Positions 27,446 through 38,552 of a DNA stretch of 64,000 nt are shown piece after piece. This DNA comes from Felis catus (Eukaryota). The stretch is taken from NCBI RefSeq assembly GCF_018350175.1, contig NC_058382.1, forward strand, positions 54,686,001 to 54,750,000. The letters run 5' to 3'. The translations under genes and the position numbers were made by a program. Position 1 is the first letter of the stretch, and each line of letters starts with the position of its first letter. The notes under the pieces were generated by a model. It saw only the letters and a program-made list of their open reading frames with translations, was not told the origin of the DNA and searched no databases.

Positions 27446-27456
27446 AAAGCCACAAA

Positions 27457-27529
27457 CATGTGAACAGGTACTTGAACCCTGGACCCTCAGAGTGAAAGTC
27501 TGATGCTCTACCGACTGCTCTATCCAGGC
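27457..27529 (-). pseudogene. tRNA-Lys(UUU)-derived pseudogene; anticodon now reads TTC
   Basis: The minus strand reads GCCTGGATAGAGCAGTCGGTAGAGCATCAGACTTTCACTCTGAGGGTCCAGGGTTCAAGTACCTGTTCACATG (73 nt). It is colinear with mammalian tRNA-Lys3 at about 10 substitutions, with the D stem and acceptor stem broken. Confidence 0.88.
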
Positions 27530-27559
27530 TTAAATTTCTACTTTTAAATTGCTTTTGCT

Positions 27560-27986
27560 GAATGGCTCTTGTGGGTTCATTTGCATTTTCCAAAAAGACA
27601 TGTTGAAGTCCTACCCCTTGGTGCTTGAGGATGTGCCTTCTTCGTGGAAATAGGGCCTTTGCAGATCTAATCAAGATGAGGGCATGCTGGAATTAAGGTG
27701 GGTCCAGACCCAGTGACTGATGTCCTTATAAAAAGGCAAGCTGAACACAGAGACAGACACAGAGGGAGACGTCCATGTGACAACAGAAGAAGAGCCTGGA
27801 GCCAGGGAACATCAAGGCTTGCTGGTAACCACCAGAAGTTAGAAGAAGCAAGGAGGGGTTTTCCGTAGAGACTTCAGAAGGCTCCTGGCTCTGCAGACAC
27901 TCTGATTTCTGACTTCTGACCTCCAGAACTGTGTAAGCCACCAAGGTTGTGGTATTTTGTCATGGCAGCCTTAGCAAGTCAATACA
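27560..27986 (+). mobile_element. MaLR LTR (MLT1A/B/C-like)
   Basis: GGAAATAGGGCCTTTGCAGAT, GACTGATGTCCTTATAAAAAGG, ending GGTATTTTGTCATGGCAGCCTTAGCAAGTCAATACA. Confidence 0.75.
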
Positions 27987-30249
27987 ATGATGACGTAGCA
28001 CAATGAGGCTGTGTGTCATTCATTCATTCATTCATTCATTCATTCAATAAATATCTGTTGAGCACCTACTACATGCCAGGCACTGTGCTAAACTCTGGAT
28101 TTGGAACAGGAGAGTGACAATATCAGGCTTGCATTTCAGCCAGGTCACCTAGTGGCAGCAGGGAGGCCGTGAGGAGGCTGCTCCCAAGAGGTGAGCAATA
28201 GCGAGGATGGTGGCTGGGGAGGTGGGGCTGGAGGAAAGAGGAACAATCTGAAAGATTATTTAGGAAGCAGAAACATCAGGACCATAGTCCAGACTCTAAC
28301 CTGGTGGTTGTTATTTAAATTGAATTTTTGTGAAGCCTCACTGACCAGGCTCTGAGTGCAACACGGTGGAAAATTAAAGTGTTCCTGCTCCGGCGTTAGA
28401 AGGCACTCCCCTTTCTCCCAGTAGTGCCCTCTGCATTTCAGTCTGTCCCTTCTACCTCCCAAGCGTGGCATATTATTATAATAATTATTACTTGCCTTCC
28501 TTCCTTCCTTGTTAAGCTGGCAGTTCATGGAGTCCCGGAGTTACAACTTCCTGTCTTTCTGTCTCTAATACCCAACAGGACGCTAGTCTCTGGCCTCTTG
28601 TAGGACTTAGTGGAATTAATGAACCCACCTCAGTGTTAATGGGGTAATTTGTGGTCTTCGGTTTCAGCGGTGAAGTGTGCCCTACAGGAATCCTTGCACG
28701 GTTCTCCCTCCACTCCCTGCATCCTGCTTCCAGAACGGGCCGTGGAGAGCGTGGTGTTCTGGATCTCACCACTGACCCGTCTCCCTTGGGGAGGCAGCTG
28801 CCCCCGGTGCTGGGGCTTTGCCTGTCCCCTGGAAACCCGCCACCGGAGATTTCCACTTTATCTGCTCCGTTTTTCACCCTGGCTAACTAAAGGCACCATT
28901 TAGAAGCCAACTTAATTAGAAAACTGCAAAGTAATTCATATATGATAACATTAACTCCAAAAGGGAAATATTAACTCACTCTAGACAGTAACTTTGTAAT
29001 AGGAGATACAGACTTGCAAAATAAGATTGTTGGATTTTTTTGCTGCTGTTGTTGTTTTTTTAATAGCACAACTTTTCTTTCTGAATTCAGGTTTTACTTC
29101 TTCGCCTCATGACTGCTTTGTGGATGCAACACATTCCATGGAGAAAGTAGCCTCAGGAAAGGTAGCCTTCTCTTCCATGCTTCTTCCCTAAATTATACAG
29201 GAAGAGGATCCCACGTTCAAATCTCTCACCTCTGCTACGTGTTGTGTGACCTGTGGCCCAGGGACACCACCTCACTGAGCGTCAGTTGTTTCCTTGATAA
29301 AAAAGGAAGTGGGGGAGGGATAGTAACAGTACCTGCCAGGTTTGTGGCAGAATTAGAAGGTACAGCTTGTGCAAAATACAGATGAGGGGGTGCGCATCAG
29401 CGAATGCCTCTCCTTCTCCCCAAGGAAAGGGCGAGACGAAGCCTTCCTGCTTGCCCACTGAGCATCTCAGACCCGCCAGAGGGCAGACCATGCACTGTCT
29501 GGAAGTGAATTCTCTCCTACAGGCTCTGCATCGCTGCCGGAGGTGGCATGGCCAACTTGTGCAAACGTGTGTGACTTGGGAGGAAGCCCGGGAGATACCT
29601 GACCCAACTTGGGGCCGAAGCCCTGCCGGGCAGCACCTCCGTGGACCCCCTGCTGCCCTCTGGCTCCCTGCATCTTCCTGTTTCCCTCTCAGCAACCCCA
29701 GCCTGCAGGCCCCAAGTGTGTGGACATCCCCCCTCTCCCTCTCCTGAGTGCCCTTTTCCTCTGGCCCCTCCTTGCCTCCCCTGCTTCTCTCCTGCCACAG
29801 CCCCACCCCTCCAATAATCCGGAGACGTGTGGGATAGAATGCCGTGTGGTACCTCTGGGGCTGCCCCCTTTCCAGGAGCATGCTGCCTGGCTTCTCTACT
29901 TGGCCAGCTCCCAGCCACCCTTAAGCTTCTGGCTCAGCATCACCGTTTTCGGGAAGCGTAGACATCGCCTCTCTTCATCATGCCCCTCGGCCTTGGAGGA
30001 TCTTCCTGTGTCACCTGGGATGTCCCACTGCTCCCGTTGGATGGGTGGCATTCCATATTTGAGGAACAGCTGAACGAATGAGTGAATGAACAAACACATG
30101 GGCTGATTTGCATTTTTATCCTGCCAACCATGGACTCCTCAGACACTTGTACCCTCTACCCTGGCCCGTCACGCAGCCATTGCTGCCTCTGTCCACCTCG
30201 GTCATATACACATGCCATCTTAGCAACTCTCCTGCTCTAGCTCAGCACT

Positions 30250-30440
30250 CAGTAGAACTTTCCCTGGTGACGGAGATGTTCTGTCTGCACATACCAGTAT
30301 GGTAGCCACTAGCCACGTGTGTCTGTGGAACATTCGAAATGTGGTTAGGATGAGCGAGGAATTTAATTTCATTGTAATTAATTGATATTTAAATTCACAG
30401 CCACGTGCTCCGAGTGGCTACTGTGCTGGACAGCGCAGCT
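30250..30440. mobile_element. MER3-like hAT MITE
   Basis: ATGGTAGCCACTAGCCACGTG ... AGTGGCTACTGTGCTGGACAGCGCAG. Confidence 0.7.
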
Positions 30441-31619
30441 AAGCTCCCACGTTAATGCCTTCATTGCACACGGTCTCTTGACCGAGAGATCACTGTCCAC
30501 AGTTTGAAGCCCAAATTCTTACATCCCCGCGCGATCCAACCCCTGAACCACTTTCCGCTCCCATCTTGGCAGTAGTGGAGACCAACTGTGATTGCAAGTA
30601 TGGCCTCGGGAGCCAAGCAGCTTAGGTTCGAAGCTCAGCTCCGGGGTGCTGGTGAGTTAACTCTTCCACGTGTCGCTTTCGTTGTCTGTAAAATGGGCTG
30701 AATACCCACACTCGGGGGTATTGTGAGGAGGATGTGTGTTCCCCTGTGCCAAAGGCTTAGAAGAGTATCTGGCACTGGGGAGCCCTCAATAAGTGTCACC
30801 TATAAAGATCATTATTTCTCTGTGTGTCCCTGGTGGAGCCAGCCTGTCCTCCTCACTGTCCCCCCACTAGAACTGTCCAGCTCCATGCCGTCTTTCACAC
30901 TGGTCCTCCTCATTGCCTACAAACACGTCCCACTCTCAAGGGCTCTGCTGGGCACACATCCTCCGGGAAGCCTTCTTTCCCAGCCTTCCCCAGCCTGAGC
31001 AAACTTTCCTTCCTCGGAGTCCCGTGATACTTCCTACCCACGCCTCTTCTAGAGCAGCCGTAACGGGCGCCTAGCTGTCACTTCCTGTGTACGCGTCTTC
31101 ACAGCCAGACTAGAACCCACTCAAGATCCTAGACTAGGTCACAGACGTCTATTCTCCTTCAGCGGCAGGCCAGAGATGTGTGCGTCATCACCGGTCAAAA
31201 AGATTGATGTTTCTGATTATCAGATTACCTGATCTTCCCAATTTTTCTCTTTCCCAAGAAAAGAAAGGCAAGGAACTCTTCTGAGCACCACGACGGACAT
31301 GATCGGAGTCCCGGCGAGATGGGTATTATAATTCCTATTTTCAGGATCAGGCCACTGAGGGTCTGAGATTTAAGCAAGCGGCTCAGACACTCTGCTGGTA
31401 AGCACAAGAGCTGTGGCCCCAATACAGACTGGTCTGTGGGTTGTTAGGGCCAAGGGTGGCCCAGCAAGGGACCGCACCATCTGGACACCGTGTTCACGCT
31501 CTCACCTAGTCCGGGATCTGTGCTCACCAATAGCAGGCAGTGAAGTGAAACTATGCCAGTCCTGGGTTCACCCTTATAGGAGACTGGTAGTCTCTGCTTC
31601 CTTTCTCTTGAAGCACTTA

Positions 31620-31651
31620 TTTAAAAAAATTTTTTTTAATGTTTATTTATT

Positions 31652-31694
<43 letters not shown>

Positions 31695-32261
31695 CCAAAG
31701 CAGGTTCCAGGCTCTGAGCTGTTGGCACAGAGCCTGACACGGGACTCAAACGCATGAACTGCAGGATTGTGACCCGAGCTGAAGTCAGAAGCTTAGCTGA
31801 CTGAGCCACCCAGGTACCCTGAAACATTAAAAAAAAATTTTTTTTAATGTTTATTTATTTTTGAGAGAGACAGAGACAGAGTGTGAACAGGGGAGGGGCA
31901 GAGAGAGGGAGACACAGAATCTGAAACAGGCTCCGGGCTCTGAGCTGTCAGCACAGATCCCGACGTGGGGCTCGAACTCACAAGCCATGACATCATGACC
32001 TGAGCCGAAGTCGGACGCTTAACCGACTGAGCCACCCAGGCACCCTGCCCCCCCCCGAAACACTTTAAAAAAAATTTTTATCATTTATTTTGGGGAAAGC
32101 ACATGTGGGGGAGGGGTTGGAAGAGGGGGACAGAGGATATGAAGCAGGGTCTGTGCTGACAGGCTGACAGCAGGGAGCCCAACGCAAGGCTTGAACTCAC
32201 AAACGGAGATCGTGACCTGAGCCAAAGTCGGACACAACCGACCGAGCAACCTCGGTGCCCC
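31620..32261 (-). mobile_element. Three tandem minus-strand Can-SINEs nested in an MLT1-type LTR (about 31520-32585)
   Basis: Heads end at about 31820, 32045 and 32261. The LTR resumes afterwards and ends GTTTGTGACACAGCAGGAGATGAACAAAAC. Confidence 0.88.
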
Positions 32262-33970
32262 TCTCTAGAAACCTTTTTTGGAGGCTTTTGCTGCCATGGA
32301 AGAAGTCCAGCTATCCTGCTGGAGCGATCCCATGGAGAGGGTCAAGGACAGACCCTGAGACCACATGGAGAGGGGGAGAGGCCCAGACCCAGCCCTCCTA
32401 GCGTGTCAGTCAACTACCAGCAGACCTGCAACCACGTAAGGAACGCCAAGCGGCGAAAGCAGGAAAACTGCCCAGCAGAGCCCAATCCCCCCACAGAACT
32501 GAGCCCAGAGAGATAATGACAGTGGTGGTTGTTGGAAGCCACTGAGGTTTGGAGCGGTTTGTGACACAGCAGGAGATGAACAAAACTCTTGTGTAAGATG
32601 AGCTCCTCCCGTCCACGTTCCCACTGCCCTGCTCTCTTACGCACTGGCCAGTTTTCAGTCCATCTGAAGGCAGCAAATGCATTCTAAAAGTGGTCTGTGG
32701 AACACCCACTTTTGCGCTCATATCTACTTCTGTCCCTCAGCCAGCAACTTCAGAAAGTGGTAGTGGGGAGGAACTTACACTGCCTAGTGCGTGAGTCAAG
32801 TTCCTTCACGTCTCTGAGGCTGTAAAAATAAGGCTGTTAATGACTCCCTTGCAGGGATGTGTGGGAATTAAATAACATACTGCTAACCAGACACCTAGCA
32901 TGGCACTTGACACATGTCAGGCACCCAGCGAATGGTGTTTATGAGAGGCTGGAGGACGCGGCTCCCGCTGGCGACAAGTCTCGTGTCCCGCTCTCCCCTT
33001 ATTAGCAAAGACCTAGAAAGCAGGGTTGAGGCTCCCATGGGTCCAGAGCAGTGCCAGAGCTTCTTGGGAAAGAGCAACTGCTGCATTTGTTATCTCTGTT
33101 TACAAAAAGGAAGGATGGAGGTTCAACATGGAAGCTGTCCCGTGAACCACGGCAGGAATCCCTAACCCCTTTGGGAAATATATGACCTTTGGGACACAAA
33201 GACTCCGCCTCCCAACAGAAGAGAACAAGGCAGTGAAGAAGGCAGAGACTGAGTCTCATTAATCACCTCTATAATCCCAGAACTCGGCCTAAGTTCAGGG
33301 TAAGTTCAAAGAAGGCACAGAATTATTTTCCTACTTTGCTCGCTGCTGTGTTTGCAGCACACAGTAGATGCTTAGTAAATATGTGCTGTGTGAATAGGTG
33401 AATGTGAGACTGCATGAACGTCGTACTGCCTGGAGCCAACACTGCAGCTTATCTATCCCAAGCCATCCCCTCCTTGCTCCTTGCTAATGGAATCCTGGGG
33501 TGAATCTGGTGGCAACGTGCTGCCCGGCAGGACTCCCGATGGATTTAAGAAAATCAGGGCACACCTGCTCCTCCTTGCCAGGAATTGGTCTAGGGGTGGT
33601 CATGTGACACCACTGAGCCTATGAGACTAAGAGAAAAATCTGTTCCATAGCATAAAGAGAGAGCTGTCAGAGGGAAATGCCTCCTTTTCCCCACCTTGTG
33701 TCTCTGTTTTGGCACCTCGTTGTGGGGGGACACCATTCCTAGAGTGAAGGCAATCGCTCGTAAGCAAAACTGAGCAAGTCTAAGGATGGGAAGCCAACCT
33801 CCTGAGGATGGTACAGGGGTGCCTGGCCAGAGGGTCCTGATGAACCTCCCAGCCACCCAGGACCCCCAGACGACTTGATGTCTGAGATAAATGCACATCT
33901 TTAGGGTTTCCAGAGATATTGTTATTTCCAGCCAAAGCATCTTCTATTAACTCATTGAACCTTCGTGACA

Positions 33971-34372
33971 TTATCATGGGCTGAATCGTGTCTTCCCCTC
34001 CCCCCTCTCAAGATGCCTATGTTGGAGCCCCAGCACCTCAGACTGTAGCTGTGTTCACAGGTAGAGCCTGTTAGGGGTGACAACGTTAAAATGAGCCCCT
34101 TAGGGTGGGCCCTGATCTACCCTGACTGGTGTCCTCCTAGGAGGAATTTTGGACACACAGCCAGGGATGCATGAGCCCAGACAGACAGCCACCTGAGGAC
34201 ACGGTGAGAAAAGACGGCCATCAACACACCAGGCACAGAGGCCTCAGAAGAGACCAGTGCTGCTGACAGCTGGGTCCTGGACTTCCAGCCTCTAGAATTG
34301 TAAGAAAACAAATGTGTGCTCTTCAAGCCGTCCAGCGGGACTTTGTTATGGCAGCCCTAGAAAATTAATACA
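33971..34372 (+). mobile_element. MaLR LTR (MLT1A/B-like)
   Basis: ATGGGCTGAATCGTGTC start, GACTGGTGTCCT, GGACTTCCAGCCTCTAGAATTGTAAG, TTTGTTATGGCAGCCCTAGAAAATTAATACA end. Confidence 0.8.
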
Positions 34373-35009
34373 GATTATCCATTGTTACGATCAGTTTATT
34401 ATCCCCGTTATCAAAAAATCCTGACCTCGCCATCTAATTGCCCCCAGGGTACAGGGCTGAATAAAGAAAGCTGGACTTAGCTCCTCGCTATTATAATAAC
34501 AAGGCAGTGAAATCAACCCATGACTGGCTCTCTCGGGTCCACCACCCATGGACACATCCACCCATTGCTTCGTTCAACAAGAATCTAGCAAACATCCGTC
34601 GTGTGTCCGTGCTGTGTGGAATTGTCACCAAGTGTGTACTTTGGAGTCAGGCTGCCTGGCTTGGCTTCCTAATTGTCTCCTAGTCACTATGTGACCTAAG
34701 GGAAAACTGGTTCTTTCCAGACTTTTTGCAACTCTAGAATGAGGCTAAGAGTACCCATCTCCTAGGATTATGTAAAGTCGGAGCAAGCCAGTGCACGTAG
34801 AGTGCTCGGCAAAGCACTTGACTCTGAGAACACATTGGGTGGGTGGCAGCCATTGCTTTGATGGGTATACGAAATGGACAAAAGAGGAGGCACGGTCATG
34901 TTTCTCCATAATTTGAACATTGTCCTCCCCACAAACCCTGCGACCTAGGTATTGCCATCCCGTTTCAAAGAGTAAAGTGAGGTTCCGAGGGGACAGGTGA
35001 CAAGTCACT

Positions 35010-35218
35010 GTTTTTAAAAAAATTTTTTTCTATGTTTATTATTTTCAGAGAGTGACATTGTGAGCAGGGGAGGGGCAGATAGAGAGGGAGACACAGAATC
35101 TGAAGCAGGCTCCAGGCTGTCAGCACAGAGCTCTACTCGGGGCTCGAATCCGCAAACCACGAGATCATGACCTGAGCCAAAGTCGGCCCCTTAACCGGCT
35201 GAGCCACCCAGGTGCCCC
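35010..35218 (-). mobile_element. Can-SINE about 1.7 kb upstream of the BCO1 ATG
   Basis: SINE body, TSD-like AGTCAC(T/A)G(T/G)TTTT. Confidence 0.88.
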
Positions 35219-36725
35219 ACAGCAGTCACAGGTTTTAATCGCAGGACTGGGATCCCGACAGGGTCTTCTGATTGTTTTTTTTTTTTTCCTCCCTGCACCA
35301 GAGCAGCTGCCCCTGGAGGTGCATTTTTTCCTGAGCCCATAGTTTATGCCAGAAACTCTCACTTAATCCCCATGAGGACACAGCTTTCACAGCCTAAGGA
35401 TAATAACCCCGACATGGATACACATGTTTAGACCAGACAGGAGAATAAACTGGCAAGTTATGGGGTTTAATGGAAAAGGTGGGTCAAAGGGAACTGCCTC
35501 CTGAGTGATTGGGGAAGAAAGGCTAATAACTGGGAGCTGTTTGGGGCCAGGTGCTTTTGCTAGGCCCTTGAGTCCAAACACTTGGGGATTTTGACATCAT
35601 TGCACCCCCATTTTACACTTAAGGAAATGGAGGCTCAGAGAGGATAAGTCAGACTCCTAGAAAAAGGAAGAGTCAATCTCTTAACAATTCAAATATGCCA
35701 CCTCTTCTCCTGGACCAGGGCCCCTCAGCACCTGCCGAGAATTAGAATCATCTGAGACATTTGTAAGACGAGTGTGGGCTGGGCTTCCCACAGAGATCCT
35801 GCATCCGTGGGTGTGGAGGGAGGCCGGGTGCTGGACCCTCGGGAGCTCCCAGCCAGGGGTGGGCGCACAGCCAGACCGGGAGGCTGTCCCGACTGGACTC
35901 CGAGGTCCAGGAACGTGGTCTTAGCCCAGACCTGGCAAGAACTGTCCTCAGCAGCCGTGGGGAGGCAGGCACCACACCCTGCCTTCCTCTACCCCCGGGG
36001 GTGGGGGGGGGAATAGCTGCTCCTTTCTGTAAGCAATAGGAGTAGAGAGGAGTCCATTAACTCGTCACTCAACATTCTGGCCACTTGGGTATGGATTTTG
36101 GGCACCACGGCAAGAGGCACAAATAGAGGGGAGCCCTGAAATCACATACGAGCATCACTGAAATCACATTCGGGCATCGTTTCTTCCTCCTGTTAGACCA
36201 AGAAGTCGAACTGACATTTGTTTTTTTAACCATTCCCCATTGTTCTTGAGTAGCTTTTTTGGTTCCTTATGTTTATTGTTTTTGGTTCCTTATGTTTATT
36301 GTTCCAAAAAAGAAATATAATAAATTAAGTTGCTCTTGGCATATGATTTTTTTTTTTCTAAGGAAGGGGAGGTTTAGGATCTTTCTTCAAAACAAAGCAA
36401 AAATCCTCTCTCTGCCAAAGACGTTCCCACCACGTGCAGCAGGAATTCACATGATTGACAAGGGCTCAGCTCCCTTAATCCCAGGTGTCCTGTGTCCTGA
36501 TAGTTTCCCTTGTTGTTCTGATCGTAAATCGTGTTCACCTCCTGGGTTGGGGTATTTCAGGCTGCATACCTATGCTGAATGCACCCACTCAATTATCCCG
36601 CCGATTTAAACCCAGCGGAAAAAAAACTAGCTTTTCCTGTTTAGCCCAGAAGCGGAGCTGGAGAGGGAGCTGGAGAGACAGAGTAAGACGGTTAAAGACT
36701 AACCAGGACTCCCGGCTGGGGAATT

Positions 36726-36746
36726 TGACCTTTGACCAAAGATAAG
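36726..36746 (+). promoter_or_regulatory. DR1 nuclear-receptor element (PPRE/HNF4/COUP-TF type) with adjacent GATA motif in the BCO1 proximal promoter
   Basis: TGACCT-T-TGACCA at 36726-36738, then AGATAAG, about 190 bp upstream of the ATG. A proximal PPRE is established for mouse and human BCO1. Confidence 0.75.
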
Positions 36747-36925
36747 TCAGGCCAGTACAGTGCGAAGAGACACCAGGCTCTTGTGGCATCTGGAGGAAAA
36801 GAGATGTAAGCGAAGGAAGCTGCAGGAAAGCAGAAAGGAGAGAGAAGGAGGAGCCGAGCAGTTGCCTGGAACACATCGGAGTGTCTGCTCACCGTCCACG
36901 TCGCCACCGCCCGGCGCCCCATGCG

Positions 36926-36989
36926 ATGGATGTCATATTTGGCAGAAATAAGAAGGAGCAGCTGGAACCTGTGAGGGCCCAAGTGACAG
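36926..36989 (+). CDS. BCO1: BCO1 coding exon 1
   Basis: ATG in strong context (gcgATGg), MDVIFGRNKKEQLEPVRAQVT, donor G|GTGAGT, 64 nt. Confidence 0.95.
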
Positions 36990-37780
36990 GTGAGTGTTTT
37001 GTACAGATGACTGGCTCTTCTGATCCTGTTTAGACGTGCACTTTCTTCTGTTTATAAAAGTAATATGTATTGCGCATTATTTTTGGAAACCCTGGAAAAC
37101 AATAGAGGGGAATGATCCATAACCCAGGCATCCTCTCTGAACATCTAGGTGTGCTTTTATACACGGAAACTCTTTCCAAGGAGAGAGAGCGGATCTCCCT
37201 CTTGACAGGAGAAGCATCTGGGGATGCTGTGACGGGCCTACGTACAGCAGAATTAGTCTGCAAGATGTGATGCGTCACAAGTGGGCGACACGTTCGTGAA
37301 ACTGTGCACCTCCTAGGTTAATTTCAAAGTGGCATGGAGGCGTAGGTGACCCTGGACTCGTGCACACTAGAGGACATGCAGAGCACACGGCGGGATTCCC
37401 TCCCAGGTGCCCACGGTGTCATCTTGGCCTTTGAGTTCCTGTAGAGCCATAAGCCTAACAGAACCTGAGTGGGAGCCCCCCCCCACCACCCACAACGAGG
37501 AAATTCCTTTAGTGGGCTTTGTGTCTCGATTTCTTCATCCCTTATTTCTCTGGCCCTCTCCTCTTCCGTGCTGCCCCCGCCCGAGAACCGCGAGCTGGCC
37601 GTCTCAGGCCACACAAGTGGTTTCATCCTCAGATACGCAGACTGGAGGTTTTCCACAAGTGAGCATTTTTCTCTGTAAGGAAAGTCAGATTGGAGCTTTT
37701 CAACCGAGGGATGGCCTTGGAAGGCTCTTGAAAAAACAGCTTCCGTGTATGTTTTTCTCTGATTACCAAAGTCACCTACA

Positions 37781-37781
<1 letters not shown>

Positions 37782-37830
<49 letters not shown>
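37782..37830. repeat. (TG)n microsatellite in BCO1 intron 1
   Basis: Perfect run of about 24 units. Confidence 0.97.
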
Positions 37831-37831
<1 letters not shown>

Positions 37832-38024
37832 CGGTGTATATGCACATAGATAAAAAAGTTGAGGTACCCATGAGAGCACAGAGTGAAATCAGCTGTATTT
37901 CCATCACTTAAGCACTCTTAATATTGGAAGATTTTAAGGTTTTAAAAGATCTAGGTTGTACAAATATGGCCTGCAAGTTTTTTTCTAAAAACAAAAGTAT
38001 ATTTACTATTAATTTTTTATTAAA

Positions 38025-38213
38025 ACAATTGTTTTAAGTTTATCCATTTTGAGAGAGAGCACGAGCAGGGTAGGGGCAGAGAGAGGAAAGAGAGAATCCA
38101 AAGCAGGCTTCACGTTGTCAGCGCAGAGCCCGATGAAGGGCTTGAATTCCCCAGTCTTGAGATCGTGCCCTGAGCTAAGAGTCGGACGCTTAACTGAGCC
38201 ACACAGGCGCCCC
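38025..38213 (-). mobile_element. Can-SINE
   Basis: Reverse-complement head CTGAGCCACACAGGCGCCCC. Confidence 0.85.
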
Positions 38214-38375
38214 TATTAATTTTCTGTTTTAAAAATGAGAGCCTATCCTTTTATGCTCTGGTTTGCCATGGACACATCACCCGTGCACCTTCTGTTTATG
38301 ACTACATGGAAATCTTGGAAATTTTGGAAAACCGGAATTGTTGCTATAGATCTGAATGGACCCCTTGATCTAGAT

Positions 38376-38552
38376 CAGCTGTTCTCCCCACCTCCACCCT
38401 AGACCAGCAGCCTCAGCATCACCTGGGCACTGGTTAGAATCAGGAAATCCTGGGCCTTCTCCAGACCCACTGAATCAGATCCTCTGCGGGTGGAGCCCAG
38501 CAATCTGTGTTTCTACACGCTCTCTGGCTGCCTCCAAGTGTGAGAACTGCTG
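38376..38552. mobile_element. MER5A-like MITE
   Basis: GACCAGCAGCCTCAGCATCACCTGGG...ACTGAATCAGA...GAGAACTGCTG. Confidence 0.75.

Noticed and set aside
29282..30073. Overlapping long ORFs (199, 154, 133 and 126 aa) in the intergenic region
   Set aside because: GC-rich sequence open in several frames on both strands, with no recognisable domain or exon structure.
20228..36925. ISX repressor site known upstream of mouse and human BCO1
   Set aside because: Cannot be located from sequence alone. Homeobox TAATT cores are too frequent.
37324..37853. 173-aa and 148-aa ORFs in BCO1 intron 1
   Set aside because: They run through a (TG)n microsatellite and show no homology I can recognise.
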